Assembly: GCF_018350175.1 (NCBI RefSeq)
Contig: NC_058368.1
Span: 27,406,001-27,470,000, forward strand
Origin: Felis catus
Lineage: Eukaryota
DNA length: 64,000 nt
Direction of reading: 5' to 3'
Part shown: positions 1 to 11,867 of the stretch, piece after piece
Position numbering within the stretch: position 1 is the first letter of the stretch
Layout of the letters: each line of letters opens with the position of its first letter
Position numbers and translations under genes: made by a program
The notes under the pieces: model-generated
Seen by the model: the letters and a program-made list of their open reading frames with translations, nothing else
What the model was told of the DNA's origin: nothing
The model's database searches: none

Positions 1-312
1 TCCTAAGAGAGTTTACTTGAGGTTGTAAGAAATGGCCAAGGAAGGGGCTCCACGGCCCTTTGCAAATACCTGGTACTATGGCAACGTGGAAGACTGATAC
101 CGGTGAGCAGTGACAGAAGGCGTAGATGAGTGACTCACAGCCCTGGCTCCGCGTGAGAAAGAGCTGGGAAGCTTTCCTGGCAACGGCTGGGAGTTAATGC
201 CCACTCACGTGAGTTATAAAATAGTCCTCAGGTATTTCTGCCGCACAAAGGCTTGAAAACCACCCGTACATGACATGGGGCCTGATGTCCGTCAATAATA
301 GGTAGAAAGATT

Positions 313-532
313 GGGGCGCTTGGGTGGCGCAGTCGGTTGGGCGTCCGACTTCAGCCAGGTCACCATCTCGCGGTCCGGGAGTTCGAGCCCCGCGTCGGGC
401 TCTGGGCTGATGGCTCAGAGCCTGGAGCCTGTTTCCGATTCTGTGTGTCCCTCTCTCTCTGCCCCTCCCCCGTTCATGCTCTCTCTCTGTCCCAAAAATA
501 AATAAACGTTGAAAAAAAAAATTAAAAAAAAA
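313..532 (+). mobile_element. Can-SINE, young feline SINEC_Fc type
   Basis: tRNA-derived head ggggcgc.tgggtggcgcagtcggtt, CT-rich tract, AATAAA and poly-A. Perfect 17-bp TSD aataataggtagaaaga (294-310 / 533-549). Confidence 0.95.
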
Positions 533-618
533 AATAATAGGTAGAAAGAACGGGGCGAAGAAACAGGTTGAGGTAAGGTAATAAAGGATGAGAAGAAAAT
601 GAACATGAAGTAAAAGGT

Positions 619-851
619 GGGGGGCACCGGGGCAGCTCTGTCGGTTAAGTGTCCGACACTCGGTTTCAGCTCTGGCCATGATCTCACAGTTTGTGAGTTT
701 GAACCCCAAGTTGGGCTCTGGGCTGACAGCGCGGAGCCCGCTTGGGATTTCTTTCCGTCCCTCTCTCTGCCCCTCCCTGGCTTGCTCGCTCTCTCGCTCT
801 CTCTCTCTCTCTCAAACAATAAATAAGCATAACAAATTTTAAGGTAAGAAA
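619..851 (+). mobile_element. Can-SINE, older subfamily
   Basis: Diverged head, (CT)n, A-rich tail. TSD atgaagtaaaag (605-616 / 852-863). Confidence 0.9.
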
Positions 852-1713
852 ATGAAGTAAAAGATAAAAATGTTTAGGGGAAAGGAAGTGACTGACATGG
901 CAAATCACCAAGGACCAAAGAAAGAAGAAATGAAAGGGAGCTAGTTTCTTGGTTTAAGTATGGCATCCATGACACAGGTGGAGAACCCCCCCCCCCACCC
1001 CGCCTCGTCATAGCTGCGTGAGGAACATGTGAAGCATCCTCTGGATAATCGGAAAAAGGTTGTTTGGGAGGAAGGAAAAAAAAATGAGGGTAGTCTGATG
1101 CAGAAAAACGTGGGGAAGGCCAAGTACAGAGTCTCTGCTTTTCTCAGACTCTAGGAGAATAGCCAGGAACTGTTCTCTCATCCATCAGTGGTTAGAGACA
1201 AGCAGGGATGGGCCCCCTCTCCTCAGTAAGAAGCTGGTGTCAGGACCCCTGGCCAAGGGTCATTAGTTCCCACCGGGCACAGAGGTTGGGCTGGGCCTCT
1301 CCGGGGCGCAAGCCCCGGACCTGCTGCAGCAGGCACTTTCTCCAGAAATATGGCTGCAAAGAAAACTAATACGCAACAACATCCAGTAGATCAGAAAAAT
1401 GTGTTTTGGAGCCACTGCCTGGAGGATTTATGAAAGCATTCAGTCACAATATCATCACGGGAGAGGCAGTAAGTAGCGTTCAGAGAGGAACAGGTGGATA
1501 GATTGATGAAATGCGAGAAGGCAAGGCAGATGGCGGAGAGGCCTCGGCGGCCATGTTGGAGGGTAAAAGCTGGAGATGAGAAGTTCCTTTTAAGAACAGA
1601 AAAGCGGCCAGAAAAGGCTGAGAGAAAGCAGGTGTCAAAAAAAAAATGACGAAAGAAATGTAAGACTGGAAGAAAGTTACGAAGGAACGGGGATCCGGTC
1701 CCTACAGGCCAGG

Positions 1714-1846
1714 GAAGCGGTTCTAAAACTTTGGCGTGCATTCAGCCCACCCCGTATGGTTGTTGAAAGGCACGTCCTCAGACCCCATTCCAGACCCTCA
1801 GATTCAGAGGGTCTGGGACGGGATGGCTCCAAGAATTCCCATTTAA
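1714..1846. mobile_element. MER5-like hAT-Charlie remnant
   Basis: gcggttctaaaactttggcgtgcatt...gattcagagggtctgggacggg...aagaattcccattt resembles the recalled MER5A consensus. Confidence 0.55.
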
Positions 1847-2410
1847 GAGACCAAAGTGGAACAAATGAGGGCTGCGGGTGGAGGAAACTTGGAGGAATAC
1901 TGGCCTCAGTTATTCATACCAGTGTCATTCTACTGTGGTTACGTACTTAGAGACGACAGGAATTCTTTCTGCCCTAATGTCAGGCACAAATACGTACACA
2001 TCAGTCAGTCTCCACACTGGTGACCAGGAGAGTGGAGAGGATGAGACTTCACAGGCAGCCCAAGCACAGTCCCCACCCACCACTTCCCCCCCCCCACTCC
2101 CCCACCCCCCCCAAAAAGCTTGAGAGCAAAGTCTTGGTTCTTTCTTAGTAGACTGGATAGTTAACGTTTCTATAAAGCACAAAAACTGAGGGGAGAAAAG
2201 CGTTTTCTGTGCAACTCCTCTTTGTTGCCCCAAGTATGTGATGTGCTGAGATTTAAAAAAAAAAAAAAAAAAAAAAAACTGCGGGAAAAGTTGCTATTCC
2301 TTGCAAAAGATGGTGCCTACATCTGAGAATGTTGAGGTTCGGGCTGAGCCTCTCTTCACATTTCTGAGTGTGGATGTGTTTTATGTGGTGGAAACCACCA
2401 GTTCAAGAGT

Positions 2411-2441
<31 letters not shown>

Positions 2442-2476
2442 GAGGTGTTAGTAGGAGCAGGAAATCCCCACTTCTT

Positions 2477-2706
2477 TTTTTTTTTTTTTTTAATTTTTTT
2501 TTTCAACGTTTATTTATTTTTGGGACAGAGAGAGACAGAGCATGAACGGGGGAGGGGCAGAGAGAGAGGGAGACACAGAATCGGAAACAGGCTCCAGGCT
2601 CCGAGCCATCAGCCCAGAGCCTGACGCGGGGCTCGAACTCACGGACCGCGAGATCATGACCTGGCTGAAGTCGGACGCTTAACCGACTGTGCCACCCAGG
2701 TGCCCC
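2477..2706 (-). mobile_element. Can-SINE, young SINEC_Fc type
   Basis: Full reverse-complement element. Perfect 17-bp TSD ggaaatccccacttctt (2460-2476 / 2709-2725). Confidence 0.95.
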
Positions 2707-4297
2707 ATGGAAATCCCCACTTCTTGAGGGGAAGGTGTCTTGAAGGAAATGAGAAATGACCAAGGAATCCGCAAGTTAGTGGGGGAAGGAGGTGAGGTCC
2801 TTACGCCGCAGGCAGGTGAGGAAATGAGAAATGAGACGAGGAATTCCTTCAGGGGAGAGGTTGTGTTTCAGGCTTCTCTGGTTGGACAAGACCAACCGCT
2901 ACGTAGGGTGCAGCGGCCCAGAGCTAAAAGCCAGTGGTGCAGAGCTGTACCCAAGGGGGGCGCTCTGTGTGCGAGGGTGGCGGCCAAGGCTGGGGGAGGC
3001 GTTCCCACGCCCCCGAAACCTGTGTCCTTGTGAGATTTATCTTGGTCTGAGTCTGACTGCTCTGAAAAGGAATCTCTAAAGCCTTCAGAAGGTAGAAAAG
3101 AGGTAGTCCTGAATCGTGGAGGTCAACATTGAAAATGAAAAAGAAAACTGACATCTGATCAAAAAAAGTAAAGGGGGGCGGGGGGGGAGGTGGAGTTGAG
3201 GGGAGAAATGCCCCTCTCGGTAGCCCTGCTGCCTGGGTTTGGGGCTCCAACAACCCAATCCCCTCTCCCCTCCTTCCCCCTCATCCTGCCCTGGCAGTCT
3301 GGCCACCTTCTCCCGGAGACTGCTGGGTCTTGGTCTGTGCTCGCCTGAGGCCTCGAAAGGCGTCCCTCACCCCCACCCAGCATCCTTCAACAGTACTTTA
3401 AATTGCAGGCTTATCCTGCTGTTGAAAGGAGTGGGCAAGCCTCTCCCCTCATTTTGCCCTGGGGACGATGGGGGCAGCTGGGGGCGGTATCAGAGGAGAA
3501 TAAGGTCGGTGGCAAAGCAGGAAGGCATGATGTGAATTCTCCGTGGTGTCTGCACCCCGCAGCACCTTGTGGCCGCTGCTCCGGGGCGCAGACCCCTTGG
3601 TGAGGATGAGCTGTGTGGAAGGGGAGACAGACGGGGGGGGGGGGGGTTTCCTGAGTCGCCAGCTGTGGGTTGTGCCTCTAGACTCGCATTTAAGCCATTA
3701 TAATAACAGGATCTAGCTTACCTGCACTCTGCAAATTACCCTTATTCCACCGGCCTCACACAAAGATGGAAATAGACACCGCATTGTGCTTCTGTTTAGC
3801 TCTCCCTAATAATAGCTAATGTGCAGGCTATAATGCACACTGCAAATATAAAATGTTATGTCAATGCTAAGTTGTAATAATAATAATCCTGCAAAAATGT
3901 AGCAGAAGGAATTTCCGTGAGCAATTTGAGGAAGATTGCTGCTTCCGCGGTGATACGGGTGTGACTGAGAAACAGATCGATTACAGTTTGTTGGGACCGT
4001 AGGAGGCTGTCTAGCAGGAGCCTGGCTGGGCAGCGGGGCCAAGATGCCCTTCAGCTCTGTGTCTGGACACTGGGAGGCACCGACATGGTAGCAGCCCAAG
4101 GACCCCAGGCCTTCCTTCCCCTGGTCAGCTGAGGGCAGGCCCGGGTCTTGTCTTGGGCTTTCCTTGGCCTGTTCAGAGGACATCTTGGGGACGGGACTCG
4201 GTGGGAAGAGAGGTTTTTCCATTGCCTTTACTGTAACTGAAGGCACATGACAGAGCAACCACACAGGTGAGGTCAGAGGGTTGGGGGAGGGGGAGGC

Positions 4298-4650
4298 ATA
4301 TATATCTTATATATATATAATATATAAATATATTATATATATAATATATATAATATATAATATATTAATATATATAATAATATAATAATATAATATATAA
4401 TAATATATAATATATAATATATTATATATTTTATATTTACATTATATATAAATATATATTATAAATATATATAAATATAAATATATGTTTTTATATATAT
4501 AATATTTTATAAATATATATATTATTATAATATATATTATATTTATAATACATTTATATATAATATATATTTATATTTTATAATATATATATTTATATAT
4601 TATATATAATATATTTATATATTATATATATTATTTTTAAATAAATATAT
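4298..4650. repeat. Degenerate (TA)-rich low-complexity tract, ~350 bp
   Basis: Almost pure A/T irregular TA repeats, abutting the tail of the SINE at 4651. Confidence 0.95.
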
Positions 4651-4861
4651 ATTTTTTTTAATGTTTATTTATTCTTGAGAGTGAGGCAGAGTGTGAGTGG
4701 AGGAGGGGCAGAGAGAGAGGGAGACACAGAATCCAAAGCAGGCTCCAGGCTCCGAGCTGTCAGCACAGAGCCCGACGTGGGGCTCAAACTCACGGACTGT
4801 GAGATCAGGACCTGAGCTGAAGTCAGACACCCAAAAACCAACTGAGCCACCCAGGCATCCC
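4651..4861 (-). mobile_element. Can-SINE
   Basis: poly-T, (GA) tract, body ...actgagccacccaggcatccc. Confidence 0.92.
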
Positions 4862-5578
4862 TGGACACAGCTGTCCCAATGGAGCCTTATTAACCAACTG
4901 CGGCTCAGGAGCTCGGCAGTTCGTGACTATCAGTGTGGCCATTTCAGAGGAGAGAGATACGGGGGGCAGAAGGAGGATCCCTAAGTGGTCTGAGTCAGGC
5001 GTCAAGACTGTCCAAAGGGGGCCAGACGGGTCCTTCCCTCTGGCTCATTCCCAAGATTCTCCTGCAGAAGAGACTTGTGTGTCTGTGTTAAAATAGGGCC
5101 TCAAGCAGAACGCTCCCCAAACAGTGCCACAAGTGGAAGCCGTTTTCTGTTTTAGCAACAAATTTGCCACTCTCGTGGTGTCCTTGGTTCCTTCCCTCTC
5201 CGGCTGCAGCACTTATCTGCGCCCAGGCTACCCCAATGGCATTATGTCAAGGACGGGAGATAAACTGGGTGGAAAGCCTGCGCCTCCAACCCCTGCATCT
5301 CTCAAACCCAGCTCCATCACCTGTAAAATAGAAGCTGCGATCATACTCACTATATCGTGTTTTTGGACGCTGCAAGGAGATTGTGCAAGTCACATGCCTC
5401 GCACGGTACCTGGCATGTTAGAAATTGTTAGCTGTTACCACCACTATTCCTACTGCTGCTTTTTATTTGGGGGAGATGGGGAAGGGTGAACTCTCACCCT
5501 CACTCCGAAAGGAGGTGCTCAGGGCATTGGGATGTGGCTGGGGCAGGACTGCCCTCAAAGGTGCAGGGCATGGAGCTT

Positions 5579-5847
5579 CCTCCAGAAGGATTTGTCCAAA
5601 CAAGCCAACCGTAGCCCCAATTCAGGAACCAGGTGACAGAACGAGCGATGGTCTGAGCAGCATTTCTCAGAGCGTGCTCGCGGCCCCGTCAGCACCACCG
5701 CCACCTGAGAACCTCCAGAAGGATTTGTCCAAACAAGCCAACCGTAGCCCCAATTCAGGAACCAGGTGACAGAACGAGCGATGGTCTGAGCAGCATTTCT
5801 CAGAGCGTGCTCGCGGCCCCGTCAGCACCACCGCCACCTGAGAACCT
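5579..5847. repeat. Perfect 133-bp tandem duplication
   Basis: 5579-5711 is identical to 5712-5844, with CCT repeated at 5579, 5712 and 5845. Confidence 0.97.
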
Positions 5848-5956
5848 GGACGGAGGCCGTTACTGGGGGAAATACTGGCTTACAGGAACACCAGCTAGTT
5901 TATAAATAAGGCCCACATTTTCAGGGGCTTCCCAGCGACAAGAAAAAGCTTATTCT

Positions 5957-6170
5957 TTTTTTTTCATTTTTGTATGTATTTGTTTATCTTGAGAGAGCGC
6001 GCGCGCATACGTGGAGGGGAAGCAGGGAGAGAGGGAAAGAGAGAATCCCTAGCAGGCTCCACGCCATCAGCACAGAGCCCGACGCGGGGCTTGAACTTAC
6101 AAACCGTGAGATCGTGACCTGAGCTGAGATCAAGAGTTGGACGCTTAACCGACTGACCACCCGGGCGCCC
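5957..6170 (-). mobile_element. Can-SINE, older subfamily
   Basis: Reverse-complement element with degenerate TSD aaaag(c/t)ttattctt. Confidence 0.9.
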
Positions 6171-8206
6171 TCGAAAAGTTTATTCTTGAGCACAGAAGAG
6201 TCCCTAAGCAGACACTGTCGGTCTCCGGGCACCTTTCCTATGTGTGGTGAGTTAGAGACCCAGGCCCATTCCAGCAGCGGGAAGAGACATTATTCAGAAG
6301 ACACCCCTCGCTCCCTCATGCCCCGCTGGTGAGCCCCAGCCTCTGGGACAGTCACCTGTCAGGAGCAACGCTGCACTGAGCAAAGAAAAGCATGAGTTTG
6401 GGTGCACCGCATGCTGTCTCTGCCACAGAAGGGCAACCCCCCTCCCCCCCGCCCCCCCCCCCAGCCAGGCAGCCTGCAAGGAGAGGCTTGGGGAGAGGCA
6501 GATGGGGCCTGGCCAGTAGCTAAGTCACTAGCCCAGGGGGGCTGGAAGGTGACCGATATCGTGGGGGTGTCTTCCAGGCCTTGGACCTGTCCATATCATC
6601 CCGTGTTCTGACTCTGTCAGCACAGCCGCCCATCTGGGCAGCAGCTGATGAATCCTTGAGAAGGGCTTCTCGTGTGGGGGAAAGAAACACACAGTTCAGC
6701 AGCCCTCTCCTGGCATTCCACGTCTGCATCTGGCAGAGTGGAGGGAGAATGTTAAACACGGAGTTCCCCAAAGACACAAAGACGAACAGTTCTTGAGACA
6801 TCCAGATATTGTTAGGAATAATATGTTAAAGTGTTTTATTAATTTAGTTACATCTTGCCTGAGCAGGAAAAAAGATATTAACATACCGTCAGCTTACCGG
6901 GACATAACCCAAAATAACTTACATTCTTCATATAGGGCTAATTATTTTTCTGAGGCCGGCTCCGGCTGGTAAGAGAGAGATTTCAAGGCTTTCCCCAGAT
7001 TATTTACTTAAAGAAGTTAAGCCTGCCACTCTCTGTTCCCATGGAAACACAGTAAGTAATACAGGAGACAGGAAGAGGTCACTTTGGCCATAATTAATAT
7101 AAAGGATAATGGTTTGTATGGAATTTCGTAAAGGGTAAAGCAAGCTGCTGTAATCCCTTTAAACCTCCTTTTCAGCGGTACAATTTAATCTTTGGATCAA
7201 TTTTCCTACGCTGACGTCACTTTGGTAATTTTAGTAGTCTAGTGCTAATTTTTGAAATGTAATTTAATCTTGCTTGGCAAAGTTTTTCTTCTGTTGCTGT
7301 TTCATTTTTGATCCAATCAGAAAATCGCGGGAACAATTTTTCTAGGGTCGGAACAACTGCACTGCCCTTCCCCTTTGGATGCCCCATCTTCTCAATAATC
7401 TGGTTGGTTGTGAGTGAATTACTGATAATCCAGAGGCACCACTGGATTCAGGTGCCACTAGAATCACCAAAGGAAGATTTCATTGGATTCAGAAGAGTAG
7501 TTTACATTTGAAGGCTCATTGTATTCTTTTTGTGTTAATTATTGCAAATGGGTAATCCACAGGTGGTGGCTCTTAGCTAAATATTCCATTTATCGGAACA
7601 TAGTACACTCCTCAGGGAATCTTACAAAAAGACACACACTGTAGGTTATTTTTAATCCTTACGCTTATTTGAATGGTGAATTTGTTATGCAGTCTCTCAA
7701 GGGTAAATTTTATCATGGAAGCTTGATTACACATTTTTCAAGACTGTTTCATTTAATACAGTGTCCTGGAAAGAGCTAAAGAGTAAAGACAAAGGGAGAG
7801 CAATGAAAGAATGGAACTTGGTCAAGTTTCTGAATTTTTAATATCCTGAAAAAATGATATTACGCTAGGAATTATCAGGACTTTGTTTCTTTCCGGGCTC
7901 AAGGAACATAATGTTCCCAGAAGCCTCATGTGAGGGGTGCATTCAGGGCTGCCCATGACACTTAACAGTGTTTACAAACAGGTGGCCTGAAGTTAAGTGG
8001 AGTCAATATACAATTTCTCACCCTGTAGAAATAACCACTTGGCTGCCACATGAGTAACCATTTTTTTTTTGCAACTATCAAGCTTGAAATCATTTAATCA
8101 GGAATGTAAATTAGTTATATGCCTCAGTTATAAAAACGTTGATGGGATTGGCTATGGTATTGATTTGGGGTGGAGGGAGGAGAGTTACAGCTGCTTTTTA
8201 AAAAAA

Positions 8207-8382
8207 ATTATATATATATACACACACATATACATATATATGTATATGTATATATATACATATATATATATATACATACATATACATATACATACATATA
8301 CATATATATACGTATATGTATGTATATGTATATATATGTATGTATATATGTATATGTATATACATATGTATGTATATGTATG

Positions 8383-8431
<49 letters not shown>

Positions 8432-8432
8432 A
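8207..8432. repeat. Compound (TA)n/(TATACA)n/(TATATG)n microsatellite
   Basis: Directly visible. It is the source of the Y/I/M/V-rich spurious ORFs. Confidence 0.95.
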
Positions 8433-9169
8433 ATGATATCACATTCCTATTCCAGAAATGCAAGCAGCATTGTCTCTTCCTTGGCAAGAATAGTGGCCAC
8501 TCGGCTCAGCCAAGAATAACTGTCAGCACTGCCGTTACACAGGCTTCTAAGAGAGCCCGTGAAGTAATGGATGGTGCACTCTCCTATATGTATTTATGTT
8601 CAGATAATTTATTTAAATAATGTTGCTGGCACATGCTTTATAACTGCTTGCATTTTGCTACACAGATTTCAGCGTATCTTGCAGACTATGCAATTCATTT
8701 GGAAAATGTAATTTCCATCCCTGCATACTAATCGATTTCTTCACAAACACCTGCTATCAGTTATGATAATAAAAATGCCACTCTAAATTGAAAAAGGGCC
8801 AAATAGAGCTTCCTAAGGAAATGACTTAAGTGTCTTTGAATGCTACTAAATGTAGTAATGTGCTTATGTGGTGCCAACATTTTTTTCATCATTTGCATTT
8901 TCTGTAATTTTGCCCTATTACAGCATCCCTCTCAAATGATGCCTCATAACCATTTCCTTGTGGATTGGTAAACTGAGTTGTCAGGAGTTGGTGTCATGGG
9001 GTGTGGACAAGATCTGGAGTTGGGCAGTGTGATGTTAGAAAACACTAGCTCATGCTCCTGGCTACACCCTGGGTCGTTTCCGATTTTATTAGTACGTCCC
9101 CTAAAACTGTAAAATTGGCTGCTCCTTGGTTTTGCACACACATAGACACCAAATGAAATTTCCTTCACT

Positions 9170-9830
9170 CATTCCCTGCAGCCTCTAGTTCATTCCACGC
9201 ACCAGTGCCAAACTAATCTTACTCAATCACCAATTCCCTTGTGTCCTTCCGCTGCCCGGGCACCTGGCATGGTTCTCCATCAGCTGCCCCACTGAATCTC
9301 ACTCTCTAGCGTGACTTCTGAGTTCCATCCCCTCTCATCCTGTGACACAGCCCGCCTTTCCCTCACTGCCTCCAGACCGACATGTGCCTTTTTGGTCAAG
9401 CTTCCCTCCTTCCTGCCCCAAGTGGTCTCCCTTAAATTCTCTTCCCTGAACTTTTGCTTATGCTCTTGCCCTGTCCAGACTCAGACATCCTTCCCCAGTT
9501 CTTGAGCCTTCCAGGCCCTCTTTTATCATTCTGGTCCGCATCTTCCTTTCTCTTCTCTGAGCCCCAACGGGATGAATTCCCTCGACACTAAGTTGCTCAT
9601 TTATTTGTTCATTCAACCAGCATTCATCACATGCCTACTATATGCCAGCCGACAGGCTGTTCTCTCTTCCCTTGAACGTATTTGTTTCTTTTCAAATGTA
9701 TCAGTTTCTCTGATCTTCTAAGCTGCCTGAGAGAAGACATATTCTGGCTCCTCCTTCTGTGATCCAGGATGCCCAGGCAGGCCTGGGCACAGAGTATGTA
9801 TGCAGTAACTGCGTGTTGACTAATTGATCC
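9170..9830 (+). mobile_element. L2 LINE 3' remnants
   Basis: Pyrimidine-rich L2-like body ending ...cctgggcacagagtatgtatgcagtaactgcgtgttgactaattgat, similar to the L2 3' terminus. Confidence 0.55.
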
Positions 9831-10087
9831 CTAATGGTTTGAGGTAGGGAATTTTCTGGTTAATTGCATGTTCTATTTGATTAGTATTTCCATGTGTACT
9901 ATACATAATCATTTTGCAAAGCAGAATACTATAAACCACTCAACTATAAAACTATTATTAACATAATTTGAGGTTTGATATTTGAGGAGAGAATTCACTG
10001 GGGTCTCAGAGCACTTCTGTAAAGATCTATTATCTGCATACTGTAATGTGAAGGTAGAACATCCAAGAGGCTGACCCCCAGTGGTCT

Positions 10088-10190
10088 CTGATTGGCACTG
10101 GTTGGGGGAGGGGGTGGAAATGAGCCCGTACTGAGAACCTGCTGGCCAATAGGCCTCACGTCATGCCCTTACAAACCGGAAGTCACTTCT
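10088..10190 (+). promoter_or_regulatory. Candidate intragenic promoter/enhancer motif cluster
   Basis: ATTGG 10091-10095, G-rich Sp/KLF-like box, CCAAT 10146-10150, TCACGTCA 10156-10163, ACCGGAAGT 10175-10183, Inr-like TCACTTC 10183-10189. Motif evidence only. Confidence 0.4.
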
Positions 10191-10404
10191 TTGAAGAACT
10201 TTCTGATAAGTTTTGAAATCTCTCCTTCACTTTTCTCTTGCTTACAAGAGTAGAGAATGCATTTTCTGTGGGAGGGGGAAGAAAGTGTGGGCAACTGGTG
10301 GGAGAGTGGAGGGGGAGAGAAGTCGCGAGGGGGTTCAAAAGGTCTGATGAGAACTAAACGCATCTGGACGGGCAAAAAGCCCAGCGACTTGAGGACTAGG
10401 TTTG

Positions 10405-10600
10405 AAGACTGTTTACGATACTTCCTTTGTGGGGCGAGACAAGTTCTCTAGCTTCTCTGTGCCTCGTTTTTGTCCTCTGTAAAGAATGGGATTAAGAGCA
10501 GCCTAACCGACATTCTAGGCCTGAGGGGGGATGAAGTGATGAATCCGTGCGAATCGTCGGGTCCGGTGTCTCACGTGCTGGGTGCTCCGCCGGCGGTTAG
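10405..10600 (+). mobile_element. MIR remnant
   Basis: Core-like cttctctgtgcctcgtttttgtcctctgtaaagaatgggatt. Confidence 0.6.
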
Positions 10601-11351
10601 TATCAGGGGAGAGACCCCAGCCGGGAAGCTGGAAACCATCCCGTGTTGCTTTGTGCCACCCACTCTTCTGTTTTCAGTCTCTGCCGTTTCTGTTAACGGT
10701 CTCGGTTTCTCGGTAGGATGGAGACGTGAGTAAGATCCGAATCCACACATGGAGAGTTTTCGGTTTCGGGAAGGAGGGTCACGGCCTTGCAGGGAGCAGG
10801 GTTTTAATCTGCTGGTGAAGCATACGGAGCCAGCCTACCGTCCTGATAAAGAGGGGGCGAGCAATCCGTGCGATTTGTCCCAGCGGCCGTGCGGGGAGGA
10901 ATGACGTCCGTGTCGATCCCTCTGTCCCCTGGGATGTGGCTGCAGGCCTCAACCTGTGGAAAGGCTGATTCGGTGAAAGAAAGTGGCCCCCGTGCTGTCC
11001 CCACCTAGCAGCACGTTCCCGCTTGCGGAGGGTGCCTCGGACTGGGGGAGAGGCTGAGAGGCCCGCACTGGGGAGGAGTTACCCCTGGGCCCACAAGAAG
11101 CATGCCTCCATCAGACAGGACAAATGGAATCGATAAAAATTCCCAAAGAAGTGATGCTCACCAGCCGGGAATCAAAGAGCCCCGGGGCCAGGCATTTGGG
11201 GTTTGTTTCTGAGCTGGTGTGAACGGTAAGAATTTGGGTGAGAGACGCCCCATCCCGCGAAAGCCCCCCCCTCCCCCCGCCCCGGTCTAAGCCCCGCCCC
11301 CGTCACCGGAAGGTGACGGAGCTGAACTTGTGCTGTGTGTTTGCCTTCCAG

Positions 11352-11536
11352 CCCTGGCTGCTCAGGCCTACGCTCTGAAAGAGGAGAACGACAGTCTGCG
11401 CTGGCAGCTGGACGCCTACAGGAACGAAGTGGAGCTGCTGAAACAGGAGAAAGAGCAGCTTTTCCGAACGGAGGACAACGTCACCAAGGACCAGCAGCTC
11501 CAGTTCCTGCAACAGACCATGCAGGGCATGCAGCAG
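11352..11536 (+). CDS. ENOX1: ENOX1 internal coding exon, 185 nt (phase 1 in, phase 0 out)
   Basis: Acceptor tttgccttccag|CC and donor CAG|gtacct. Encodes (A)LAAQAYALKEENDSLRWQLDAYRNEVELLKQEKEQLFRTEDNVTKDQQLQFLQQTMQGMQQ, seen in ORF 11330..11683 and matching recalled ENOX1. Confidence 0.95.
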
Positions 11537-11867
11537 GTACCTGGGCCCAGACTTTTCTTTTTTTTCCGCGAGGGCAAGGGGTGCGTGCGTTCCGCGGACG
11601 TGAGACGGGAGCCATTTGGCGGGAAAGGTGAAGGAGAAGAGAGGACAAGCGCCAAGCTAGCCAGGAAGGGAAAGTGCCGGTGACTGCAGAAGGGCAGAGT
11701 CTGCAGAAAAAAATCAGGCTAGAGAAGAACACCCGCGAGGCAGGAAGCTAAGGAAGAGAATCTGGGAGGTCGGAAGGTTTGTAGGGGGAGGTGAGCCGCG
11801 TGGAAAAGGGTCAGAAAATCCTCGTGGATCACGACGCAAGGGTTTTAGCATCTGAGGACATTTCTTT

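Noticed and set aside
313..400. tRNA-like A/B boxes as tRNA genes
   Set aside because: They are SINE heads followed by a CT tract, poly-A and TSDs.
194..819. ORFs containing GTEREHERGRGRE-type peptides, recurring throughout the window
   Set aside because: Translations of Can-SINE bodies and (GA)n tracts.
5579..5847. Direct repeats as a CRISPR-like array or LTR pair
   Set aside because: Only two abutting copies with no spacer, in a mammalian context.
8069..8620. 183-aa and neighbouring Y/I/M/V-rich ORFs (also 14416-14780)
   Set aside because: Translations of (TA)-type microsatellites.
11537..11683. ORF continuation past MQQ (VPGPRLFFFF...)
   Set aside because: Intron read-through. The true continuation QLLTIQ is at 40667.
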